Shown piece by piece: positions 52,449-61,377 of a DNA stretch of 64,000 nt. Source of the stretch: Flavobacteriaceae bacterium (GTDB lineage Bacteria > Bacteroidota > Bacteroidia > Flavobacteriales > Flavobacteriaceae); the NCBI GenBank assembly GCA_964228785.1, contig CAXRAW010000052.1, forward strand, positions 11,141 through 75,140. Reading direction: 5' to 3'. The position numbers were made by a program, and so were the translations under genes. Numbering within the stretch: position 1 is the stretch's first letter; each line of letters starts with the position of its first letter. The notes under the pieces were generated by a model that saw only the letters and a list, made by a program, of their open reading frames with translations, searched no databases and was not told where the DNA came from.

Positions 52449-54305
52449 ATGTGCGGAATAACGGGTTATATTGGATATAGAGATGCTTACCCCATAGTTA
52501 TTAATGGATTAAAAAGACTCGAATATAGAGGATATGATAGCGCTGGTCTAATGCTATTTAACAACAACCAAATAGCCCTAACGAAAACAAAAGGAAAAGT
52601 ATTAGATCTCGAAGGGATTGTTGATCAAAGTCCCTCTGGAAAAGAAGGAAAAATCGGAATTGGTCACACAAGATGGGCAACTCACGGAGTACCAAATGAC
52701 GTCAATTCGCACCCACACTTCTCTCAATCAGGTAAATTAGTTATTGTTCACAATGGAATCATAGAAAATTATGACACCCTAAAAAAAGAACTAACTTCTA
52801 GAGGATACACTTTTAAAAGTGATACAGATACAGAAGTATTAATTAACCTAATCGAAGAAGTAAAAAAACAAGAAGGGTGTAAGCTAGGGAAGGCAGTTCA
52901 GTTAGCACTAACACAAGTGATAGGAGCCTATGCCATTGCTGTTTTTGATAAATCAAAACCAAATGAAATTATTGTTGCAAAACTAGGGAGCCCCATTGCT
53001 ATTGGAATTGGGGAGGACTTAAAAGAGTTTTTTGTAGCCTCAGATGCATCACCCTTTATAGAATACACCAAAGATGCGATCTATCTTGAAGACGAAGAGT
53101 TGGCCATTATCAAACTAGGTAAAGCGGTAGGGGTCCGTAAAATTTATGACGATTCTATTGTTGATGCTAATATACAAGAGTTACAGCTGAGTTTGGAACA
53201 GATAGAAAAAGGAGGATACGATCACTTTATGCTCAAGGAGATCTATGAGCAGCCCAAGGCCATTACAGATACCTACAGGGGGAGAATGCTAGCTGATGAA
53301 GGGATTATCAAAATGGCTGGCATAGATGACAATCTAGGAAAATTTACACGTGCCGATCGTATTATTGTAGTGGCATGTGGAACCTCTTGGCATGCAGCAT
53401 TAGTTGGAGAGTATCTTTTTGAAGACCTCTCTAGGATACCCGTAGAAGTAGAATATGCCTCAGAGTTTCGGTACAGAAACCCAATCATCACCACAAAAGA
53501 TGTTGTAATTGCCATTTCTCAGTCAGGAGAAACAGCAGACACTCTAGCAGCCATTAAGTTAGCAAAGTCAAAAGGAGCGTTTGTCTTTGGAATATGTAAT
53601 GTCGTGGGATCTTCAATTGCACGAGAAACACATGCAGGCGCCTACACTCACGCAGGACCAGAGATCGGAGTAGCATCTACAAAAGCATTTACCACTCAGA
53701 TAACCATACTATCCTTAATTGCATTAAAGCTAGCACAATTAAAAGGAACCCTATCGAATTCTGCTTTCCACATGTACCTACAAAAAATGCAGCTAATTCC
53801 GAAAAAAGTAGAAAAATTGCTAAAGATAGACGATACAGTGAAACACATCGCTTCCGTATACAAAGAAGCTAGCAACTGCCTCTACCTAGGAAGAGGATTT
53901 AACTTCCCTGTTGCATTAGAAGGAGCTCTTAAACTCAAAGAAATTTCTTACATCCATGCAGAAGGATATCCCGCAGCAGAAATGAAACACGGCCCAATCG
54001 CTTTAATTGATGAAAATATGCCTGTCTTTGTTATTGCAACCAACAAAGGACACTATGAAAAGGTAGTAAGCAATATCCAAGAAATTAAGTCACGAAATGG
54101 GAAGATTATTGCCATTGTAACAGAAGGAGACACTACTGTAAAAGAGATCGCAGATCACGTTATTGAAATTCCTGAGACAGAAGAAGCACTAACCCCGTTA
54201 TTGACTACCATACCACTACAATTGCTCTCGTATCACATTGCTGTGATGTTAGAAAAAAATGTAGATCAACCCAGAAACTTAGCTAAGTCTGTCACAGTAG
54301 AGTAG
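52449..54305 (+). CDS. glmS: Glutamine--fructose-6-phosphate transaminase
   Basis: MCGI, LEYRGYDSAG, GHTRWATHG, C-terminal PRNLAKSVTVE. Confidence 0.98.
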   Translation: MCGITGYIGYRDAYPIVINGLKRLEYRGYDSAGLMLFNNNQIALTKTKGKVLDLEGIVDQSPSGKEGKIGIGHTRWATHGVPNDVNSHPHFSQSGKLVIVHNGIIENYDTLKKELTSRGYTFKSDTDTEVLINLIEEVKKQEGCKLGKAVQLALTQVIGAYAIAVFDKSKPNEIIVAKLGSPIAIGIGEDLKEFFVASDASPFIEYTKDAIYLEDEELAIIKLGKAVGVRKIYDDSIVDANIQELQLSLEQIEKGGYDHFMLKEIYEQPKAITDTYRGRMLADEGIIKMAGIDDNLGKFTRADRIIVVACGTSWHAALVGEYLFEDLSRIPVEVEYASEFRYRNPIITTKDVVIAISQSGETADTLAAIKLAKSKGAFVFGICNVVGSSIARETHAGAYTHAGPEIGVASTKAFTTQITILSLIALKLAQLKGTLSNSAFHMYLQKMQLIPKKVEKLLKIDDTVKHIASVYKEASNCLYLGRGFNFPVALEGALKLKEISYIHAEGYPAAEMKHGPIALIDENMPVFVIATNKGHYEKVVSNIQEIKSRNGKIIAIVTEGDTTVKEIADHVIEIPETEEALTPLLTTIPLQLLSYHIAVMLEKNVDQPRNLAKSVTVE

Positions 54306-54634
54306 TATTAAGGAACCGTTCATCTTACCCCTCAAATCTACTCGTAACATTCACAATATCAGTTATTACAACTAAACTTTGGGAATCCAATTATTCCGAA
54401 TATCAACAATATTTGTTTGATAGAATTAAAGGATATAAGGAAGATAATCTTACCCCTATTGGGTACAGAAAGATTTCTAAAATATTCAATGATGAGGGAT
54501 TAAAAACCCCTCTAAATACAGAATTTACCAACTCAAAAGTACATTCTATCTACAAAAAAGGTAAGATTAGAGAAGAAAGAATCAACAGAAAAGATATTGT
54601 TGAGGTTGGTGATGTATACATAGAACCTATATAG
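54287..54634 (+). CDS. Recombinase-domain-like ORF (no ATG; the only near-cognate start is TTG 54413)
   Basis: Frame open from 54287; GYRKISKIFNDEGLKTP...FTNSKVHSI resembles the DNA-binding Recombinase domain of large serine recombinases. Confidence 0.5.
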   Translation, partial: VCHSRVVLRNRSSYPSNLLVTFTISVITTKLWESNYSEYQQYLFDRIKGYKEDNLTPIGYRKISKIFNDEGLKTPLNTEFTNSKVHSIYKKGKIREERINRKDIVEVGDVYIEPI

Positions 54635-54784
54635 TTCTCCATTAATAGTAAACTCACCCCAACATTAACCCTACTCCATTATTTACCATAAAGTCCAACA
54701 CCCTTTAACACCTTTTCTGTCAAATAAAAAAATCTCTGAGAATTTAGTGTTATTAATTGTAGAATCATATTTATATATGAATGA

Positions 54785-55160
54785 AAGTGGTAAGAAGTTA
54801 CCACAGACTCAGGTGTCCAACAAAGGGTAAAACACCTATCATCCATCGACCATCCTTTACCAAGGATATAGGATTTGGATTAGAAGTCGGTTAGTAATCT
54901 ATAGGATTGAAATAATATCTGAACATAATGGATGAGGTTCACCGATAGGGTCGAAAGATTTGTAGTATAAATCAGATATGGGTGACAACGAACTGGTCTG
55001 AGGAAATCTACATTGTGAATTGAGACTTAAAGTTCTCTGAGGGAGTAAAAATCCTTTAAGGGGATTGGTGTATTAGGTTATCAACCTATACAATGTTTCA
55101 GTTAACAAGTAAACTGAAACGATGAGATGATTCTGAGAATCAGAAACACTCATCAAAGGT
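54785..55160 (+). ncRNA. Candidate large structured non-coding RNA (unassigned family; strand inferred)
   Basis: No ORF of 60 aa or more; at least ten stems plus a possible pseudoknot (see findings); G-U pairs favour the + strand. Confidence 0.6.
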
Positions 55161-55186
55161 TAATTATTAAATAAGGAGATACAATT

Positions 55187-55453
55187 ATGAAGAAAGATTC
55201 AGGTCAACTACATGGTGAGTTAATGAGTAGTTTTATATCAATTTACAAAGGAAATAGGTTATCATTTACCACCAGATAAAATCTTTGATACAACTGCATC
55301 CTTAATTGATGTATTTGTGAGTTATGAAAGATATAGAGAATCAATTATTTCAGAAACATCAAAACATTTAGAAGATAAGATTGGAGAATTACCAATTGAG
55401 AAACAGAAAAGATTAAAAGAAATATTTAAGAATGGAGTAAAAAATGAACGATA
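55187..55453 (+). pseudogene. Frameshifted small helical protein gene
   Basis: AAGGAG then ATG 55187 (MKKDSGQLHGELMSSFIS...), continuing in another frame as FTKEIGYHLPPDKIFDTT...KNER*, which overlaps the next ATG. Confidence 0.5.
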
Positions 55454-55689
55454 GATTACTAACTAAATATGAGGTTATGGAAACCTTAAAAATCAGTAGA
55501 AAACATTTTGAGAAATTGGTAAAAGAAAAAGAACTTCCAATGATTCAAATAACCCCATATAAGAGATATGTAAGAAGTTCTCACCTCAACAGATACATTG
55601 ATGAACGAGCCATCAATAAACCTCAGGAGATACCCCAAGAATCAGAAACTGATGATTTTAAATGGAGGAATATTTGGGGGGAGGGATGA
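55444..55689 (+). CDS. Excisionase-like helix-turn-helix DNA-binding protein
   Basis: LLTKYEVMETLKISRKHFEKLVKEKELPMIQI...RYVRSSHL fits the Xis/HTH_17 pattern; GGAG upstream. Confidence 0.75.
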   Translation: MNDRLLTKYEVMETLKISRKHFEKLVKEKELPMIQITPYKRYVRSSHLNRYIDERAINKPQEIPQESETDDFKWRNIWGEG

Positions 55690-56035
55690 TAAATAATTAG
55701 AGGGGGTGGGGGTATTTTAATGGAAACCCAACCAAACTTTTTTCAGAAAAATTTGTTTTCCGGGGTACATACCCCGACGGTATCATTCATTATTTCCCTT
55801 TTAGAAATAATAAAATACGTGACACTTGGATATATGGTGATAATTTTGATCCAATACCTCTTTCAAAAGGAGAAATAACAAGATCAATATTACCAATAGA
55901 TTATGGATATAATGATTTAATAAAGTTTCTAAAAAATCAAAATCCAAATTTAATTCGAATTCTACTTTCAAGTAAACATTTAAAATTAATTAAGTCAATT
56001 AATCAAATAATTTTTAATGTCTCACTCTGGGATGG

Positions 56036-56530
56036 GTGAAATCCCTCGCCTTTAAGGCAAAGACTTTTAGTATTTTTGCTGCTATGGAATATTACAGGAG
56101 TGGTTCTGATACGAGATATGATTTTAAGATTCACATAGTATGGATAACAAAATACCGTAAGCCAGTCTTGTATGGTCAAGTAGCTCAGAGGTTACGGGAT
56201 TTGGTTAGAGAAATATGTAAAGTAGAAGATGTTCACATTTTGAGGGGACATGTATCAAAAGATCATGTTCACTTGTTTGTATCGAAGCCCCCTCGTTTTT
56301 ATCAGAGAGTAAGTTAGTTCAACGCATAAAAGGTAAAACGTTGTATAAAATGATGCGTGAGTTCAAGACCTTACAACAACAGTTTTGGGGTTCGTCATTT
56401 GTGGGCGAGAGGTTATTTTGTAGCGAGTAGTGGTAATGTTACAGATGAGGTAATCTTAGAATATATCAAGAATCAAGATAAAGAAGGAACAGATGATAAC
56501 TTTCATGAATTCTGCAGTCTGTACAAATGA
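56036..56530 (+). mobile_element. tnpA: IS200-family element with doubly frameshifted tnpA
   Basis: ATG 56084, HIVWITKYRK, DHVHLF (HUH); frameshift to KLVQRIKGK...QQFWG; frameshift to HLWARGYF..SSG.VT..VI.EYI..Q; left-end-like GCCTTTAAGGC palindrome. Confidence 0.88.
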
Positions 56531-56631
56531 CTGATGATTGTTAACCAGCCTAGGAATTGACAATGTGTATTCTCTGAGTTAAAATGTTCTGTAGGTACTT
56601 ATCTCAGATCAATGGTGACGGATTGAATGCA

Positions 56632-57639
56632 TCAAATAACGTTAACCTCAATCTCTAGAGAGATCTCGAACTGCTGGAAGATCGCATGTTGGATTTTTTG
56701 AGCGAGTTCATAGATGTCTTTTCCACTTGCGTTTCCGTAATTAACGAGGACTAGAGCCTGTTTTTTGTGTATTCCATAGTTACCAAATCGCTTTCCCTTG
56801 AAACCTGCTTGTTCAATAAGCCAGCCTGCAGGAATCTTAACCTTTTCCTCTGAAACTGAATAGAACGGAAGATTGGTATAGCTGTCTTGTAATTTTTTAA
56901 ACTGTTCATTTCCAATGACAGGATTTTTAAAAAAACTACCACTGTTCCCGATTTTTTTTGGATCTGGCAATTTAGATTCACGTATCTTGATAACCGCTTT
57001 AGAAATGTCACGAATTGTGGGTGAAGAAATTCCTTGTGATGATAATTCGTTCTCAATTGCTCCGTAGCTTGTGTTTAAAGAGTGATCGTTCTTGGTGAGC
57101 CTAAAGCTTACTGAAGTTAAAATTACTTTTCCTTTTAGCTGGCGCTTGAAAATAGAGTTTCGATAACTAAAATCACAAGCTCTATTGGAAAATTCCACCT
57201 GTTCTGCGCTTTCAATCACTATGCCCTGAACCTTGGTTATTACATCTTTTACCTCTACTCCATACGCCCCAATATTTTGAATCGGGCTGGTCCCAACATT
57301 ACCTGGAATCAACGAAAGATTTTCTAGTCCACCATAATCATTATCGATACACCACAAGACAAATTCATGCCAATCTTCACCTGCACTTACGGTTAGGTAC
57401 ACATGATTTTCATCTTCGGCGTCTATTGAAATGCCTTTGATATTGATATGAACTACGAGTTGTTCAATATCCCTTGTCAATAGCATATTACTACCTCCAC
57501 TGAGTAAAAAGAGGTCTTTCTCTCTAGCTAGTAATTCTTTTAATTGCTCAAGGGAATAAATCACTACAAAGCGTTTGGCAGTAACATTGATACCAAATGT
57601 ATTGTAATTTTTAAGTGATATGTTTTGTTGAATATTCAA
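56632..57639 (-). CDS. murB: UDP-N-acetylmuramate dehydrogenase
   Basis: YNTFGI, GGSN, IPGNVG, QNIGAYG, GSFFKNP, EVN. Confidence 0.96.
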   Translation of the reverse strand: MNIQQNISLKNYNTFGINVTAKRFVVIYSLEQLKELLAREKDLFLLSGGSNMLLTRDIEQLVVHINIKGISIDAEDENHVYLTVSAGEDWHEFVLWCIDNDYGGLENLSLIPGNVGTSPIQNIGAYGVEVKDVITKVQGIVIESAEQVEFSNRACDFSYRNSIFKRQLKGKVILTSVSFRLTKNDHSLNTSYGAIENELSSQGISSPTIRDISKAVIKIRESKLPDPKKIGNSGSFFKNPVIGNEQFKKLQDSYTNLPFYSVSEEKVKIPAGWLIEQAGFKGKRFGNYGIHKKQALVLVNYGNASGKDIYELAQKIQHAIFQQFEISLEIEVNVI

Positions 57640-58830
57640 CTAAGCATTGTATTGTGTTAACGCTTTTTTGAGAATTTCTACACAGCGAACAAGATCTTTT
57701 TTGTTTAAGACATAGGCAATTCGCACTTGCTTTTTCCCATAACCTTTAGTTGAATAAAAGCCAGCGGCAGGGGCAATCATCACTGTTTCACCATTATCGT
57801 TAAACTTTTCTAGTAACCATTGCGCAAAAGCGTCAGTATCATCAACAGGTAATTCTACCACACAGTAAAAGGCTCCTTTAGGCCTAGCTACTTTCACTCC
57901 TTCTACCTTTTGTAATTCAGAAATTAACGTATTTCGTCGATCTACATATTCTTCAATCACCTCATCAAAATAACGCTGCGGAGTATCAAGTGCTGCTTCA
58001 CTGGCGAGTAGGGCATAGGTAGGGGGACTCAGTCGTGCTTGAGCAAACTTCATTGCGGTATTTATAAATTCCTTGTTTTTTGAAACAATACAGCCAATTC
58101 TCGCACCACACATACTATAACGTTTGGACACAGAATCAATGACAATAGCGTGTTGCTCAAGACCTTTTTCTGCCATGATAGAATGATGGGTATTTCCATC
58201 GTAGGTAAACTCTCTGTAAACTTCGTCAGCAATGAGAAAAAGATCATGCTTTAAAACGAGTTGCTTAAGTTTTTCTATTTCCTCTTTACTATACAGATAG
58301 CCCGTTGGATTGCCTGGATTACAAATTAAGATGGCTTTTGTTTTATGTGTGATTAATTGTTCAAAATCCTCAATTTTAGGTAGTGAAAAATTGGTATCGA
58401 TAGTGGAGGTCACTGGAACAACACTCACCCCCGAGGCTGTTGAAAAGCCGTTGTAGTTGGCATAAAAGGGTTCTGGAATAATGACTTCGTCGCCAGTATC
58501 AGCAATGCTTCCAATAGTAAATAGTAAGGCCTCTGATCCTCCTGTGGTTACGATGATATCATTGGCATGGATGTATATCTGATTTTTTTTGTAATACAAT
58601 GCTAATTTTTCCCTGTAACCTTCAGAACCTTCGGAACGGGCGTAAGAAAGCACCTCGATATCGTTGTTTTTAACGGCATCTAGAACAACTTGGGGTGTTT
58701 TGATATCTGGTTGCCCAATGTTTAAATGATACACTTTGGTTCCTTTTTTCTTGGCAGCCTCTGCATAAGGAACTAGCTTTCTTATGGGAGACTCGGGCAT
58801 CGTCTGCCCTTTTTTTGATATGAAAGGCAT
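57640..58830 (-). CDS. PLP-dependent aminotransferase class I/II (aspartate aminotransferase-like)
   Basis: LNIGQPD, NPGNPTG, DEVY, SVSKRYSMCGARIG, PKGAFY. Confidence 0.93.
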   Translation of the reverse strand: MPFISKKGQTMPESPIRKLVPYAEAAKKKGTKVYHLNIGQPDIKTPQVVLDAVKNNDIEVLSYARSEGSEGYREKLALYYKKNQIYIHANDIIVTTGGSEALLFTIGSIADTGDEVIIPEPFYANYNGFSTASGVSVVPVTSTIDTNFSLPKIEDFEQLITHKTKAILICNPGNPTGYLYSKEEIEKLKQLVLKHDLFLIADEVYREFTYDGNTHHSIMAEKGLEQHAIVIDSVSKRYSMCGARIGCIVSKNKEFINTAMKFAQARLSPPTYALLASEAALDTPQRYFDEVIEEYVDRRNTLISELQKVEGVKVARPKGAFYCVVELPVDDTDAFAQWLLEKFNDNGETVMIAPAAGFYSTKGYGKKQVRIAYVLNKKDLVRCVEILKKALTQYNA

Positions 58831-59082
58831 AGAAGATTAGGTTAAAAATCAATACAAATTTGCAAAATATATTTTAGAAATATCGTTTTTTAGATGTTTT
58901 TAAAAACTGCATTTTTTTTACTTGCGGCATGTTCATTTTTGTAAAATCCGTACCTTTATTTGCGAAGCAGTAAATGAGGGCTTCATTGAAAAGCATTCCT
59001 CATATTCTGTCAAAATTCTGTCAAAATATTCCTTGAGGTTCCTTATTGGGCTTACCGCAAGGTAGTTAATTTACAATAGCTA

Positions 59083-60420
59083 TTGGATTTGAGAAATTGC
59101 ACTTTACTTCTAGTGATATTTTTTTTTCTTGTAAACCCCTTCTGGATTTTTGGTCAGGAAGGCTTTCAGTTCTTGGATAAAAACCGGAAATTTCAGGATA
59201 CTGAATTTCGCTTGATTAATAATTTGATTGTTATTCCTATGGAGATCAATGGTAGAAGTCTCAATTTTATTTTTGATACTGGCGTCAATAAAACCATTGT
59301 TTTTAATGCAGCAAAGGGAGATTCGGTGTTTTTTAAGCAGGATGAAAAATATCAGTTGAGGGGTTTGGGGAATGGAACTCCTGTTGAAGCCATTGTTTCC
59401 AAAAGTAATCGCTTTAGGATTCAGAATTTGATCAGTTCAAATCACAAAACCTATATCATTTTAAGAGATGAGTTTGATCTCTCAGTAAAAATGGGGATTA
59501 CCATTCACGGTGTGATAGGCTACGATATTCTCAAATCGTTGGTTATTCGCATTGATTACCGAAAAAAGAACATCAGGTTTTACAACCCTGAACATTTTAA
59601 CATGGAAGTGTGCAGAAAATGTGAAGTGTTTCCTCTTACGATTTATCAGAACAAGCCCTATATGGATGTCAATGTTAGTATCAATGAACAAGCGCAAAAA
59701 ATTCCTGTAAAAATGCTCATTGATTCTGGGGGTTCTGATGCACTGTGGCTTTTTGAACATTCAAAAGAGGAGATTGTCACTCCCAAAGAGTTTTTTGATG
59801 ATTTTTTAGGGGTAGGTTTAAGTGGAATCATCTACGGTAAAAGGAGTCGTATTTGTAAATTGGAAATTGGACAGTTTCAAATTCTAGAGCCCACAGCTTC
59901 ATTTCTTGATAGTATTTCTACTAAAAATGCACGAAGGTACACGGAGAGAAATGGGAGCATAGGAAATAATATTCTCAAGCGCTTCAAAGTGTGGATCGAT
60001 TATCGTCATAAAAAGATCATGTTGAAGAAAAATCGCTCTTTTAAGGGTGGGTTTGAATATAATATGAGTGGTATTGAAGTTGTTTACAACGGTAAGGTGC
60101 TTGTAGAGGAAAAGCAATTAACTCCTGCGGAGGCATTTGGAAAAGATACTAACAATTCTATTAGTATTATCGCTAATTATACTTACAAGTTTAAGCCTAG
60201 TTACAGAGTGCAAGAAATTCTGTTACATTCACCTGCATACAAAGCTGGTGTTCGTAGAGGTGATGTCCTTTATAAAATTAATGGTAAGGAAGTTTACAAC
60301 TATAAGCTACAAGATATTGTTGAAATTTTTCAGAAAAAGCCTCGGATGAAAATCAAGTTAGTAATTGTCAGAAACAATCAGTTTCTAAACGTTAAATTTC
60401 GACTTGAAAAATTGATTTAG
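59083..60420 (+). CDS. Aspartyl protease family protein with PDZ domain
   Basis: Two retropepsin-like motifs (FDTG, IDSG) and C-terminal SPAYKAGVRRGD PDZ. Confidence 0.88.
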   Translation: MDLRNCTLLLVIFFFLVNPFWIFGQEGFQFLDKNRKFQDTEFRLINNLIVIPMEINGRSLNFIFDTGVNKTIVFNAAKGDSVFFKQDEKYQLRGLGNGTPVEAIVSKSNRFRIQNLISSNHKTYIILRDEFDLSVKMGITIHGVIGYDILKSLVIRIDYRKKNIRFYNPEHFNMEVCRKCEVFPLTIYQNKPYMDVNVSINEQAQKIPVKMLIDSGGSDALWLFEHSKEEIVTPKEFFDDFLGVGLSGIIYGKRSRICKLEIGQFQILEPTASFLDSISTKNARRYTERNGSIGNNILKRFKVWIDYRHKKIMLKKNRSFKGGFEYNMSGIEVVYNGKVLVEEKQLTPAEAFGKDTNNSISIIANYTYKFKPSYRVQEILLHSPAYKAGVRRGDVLYKINGKEVYNYKLQDIVEIFQKKPRMKIKLVIVRNNQFLNVKFRLEKLI

Positions 60421-60836
60421 CTATCGTCTGATAACATATTTTGTTTTTTCTCAGGCGCAACCACTTTTTCTACAAATCCTTTAATCTTTAATATTTTACG
60501 AGGAGTTTTTGCATTTGAAAAGATGGTAATAGCCTTTGAAAATCCTCCTGGTCTTTTGGTATCATAAGACACTTCTATCTGTCCGTTCTCATCAGGCATC
60601 ACAGGGGCATCTGGTTTTTTTGGCACCGTGCAACCACAGGAAGCTTGAACTCTAGTAATGATTAAAGGAGCTGTACCAACATTGGTAAAAATAAACACTC
60701 GTTTACCGTCGGAACCGAGAGGAATCTTGCCATAGTCTATGGTTTCTGTTTCAAATTTTAGTGCTGGCTTTTCTTCTTGTCCAATAGCGATTAGGCTTAT
60801 GCACAGTGATAATGCGAGTGTGAATATATTTCTCAT
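60417..60836 (-). CDS. DUF1573 domain protein
   Basis: FTNVGTAPLII, ASCGCT, YDT. Confidence 0.88.
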   Translation of the reverse strand: MRNIFTLALSLCISLIAIGQEEKPALKFETETIDYGKIPLGSDGKRVFIFTNVGTAPLIITRVQASCGCTVPKKPDAPVMPDENGQIEVSYDTKRPGGFSKAITIFSNAKTPRKILKIKGFVEKVVAPEKKQNMLSDDS

Positions 60837-60968
60837 GATTTTTAATTTCGAGTTAAAAGTACGAAATTATAAAAAACCTCTAACTAATTGAACGGATAAA
60901 AATTCTGGTATTTGCTAGCGTATGTATTCCACAATACGGGTATATCTTTTCATTTAGTGCTTGATGTT

Positions 60969-61260
60969 GCGTTAGCGATGGCAGTGGCATCCTTTTTTGC
61001 CTTTTTTGCCTTTTTTATCTCATTTCTGATGTTGATATCACACTTAATTTTGAAGTATTCTATTGACCTGTAGTTGTTAGCTCACTGATTAACGAGGTAA
61101 GGTTGACAGGTTACTTCCTAGATGAAGTTCACATAGATCAATTGATCAAACAAAGGTCCATATCTCAACAAAAGAGGATGGGTAAATATCAAATAGTTGA
61201 TGTAAAACGATATCAGGCAAAAAAGATATAGCGGACAGCGCGACCTGAAAGGGAACGCCC
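60969..61260. repeat. Flavo-1-like repeat, copy 3, with ~200-nt insertion in the central loop
   Basis: 5' arm 60969-61000 and 3' arm 61214-61260 match copy 1; unique sequence lies between them. Confidence 0.75.
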
Positions 61261-61377
61261 ACAAAAAAACAAAGCTGGATGAAGTTGGGTTGATGGAACT
61301 TAAAATTACATCTTTTCATTTCTTAGTTTTCTAGATAGTTGTACTTTAGTGGACTGTATTTAAAACGGTTCCAGTTT

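Larger units (their letters stand above)
54287..56047 (+). mobile_element. Degenerate foreign integrative element/phage-satellite-like remnant at the glmS 3' end
   Basis: Abrupt near-total loss of GpC, recombinase-like and excisionase-like ORFs, SD-led genes; right side ends at an IS200 copy. Confidence 0.7.

Noticed and set aside
54306-54345. Tn7 insertion at attTn7 downstream of glmS
   Set aside because: No TGT-initiated Tn7 end, TnsB-site repeats or tns genes seen; the foreign signature begins at or within the glmS stop region
56609-56630. GTGACGGATTGAAT as a possible degenerate att duplicate of the glmS end (VTVE)
   Set aside because: Needs an indel and several mismatches to GTCACAGTAGAGT; consistent with chance
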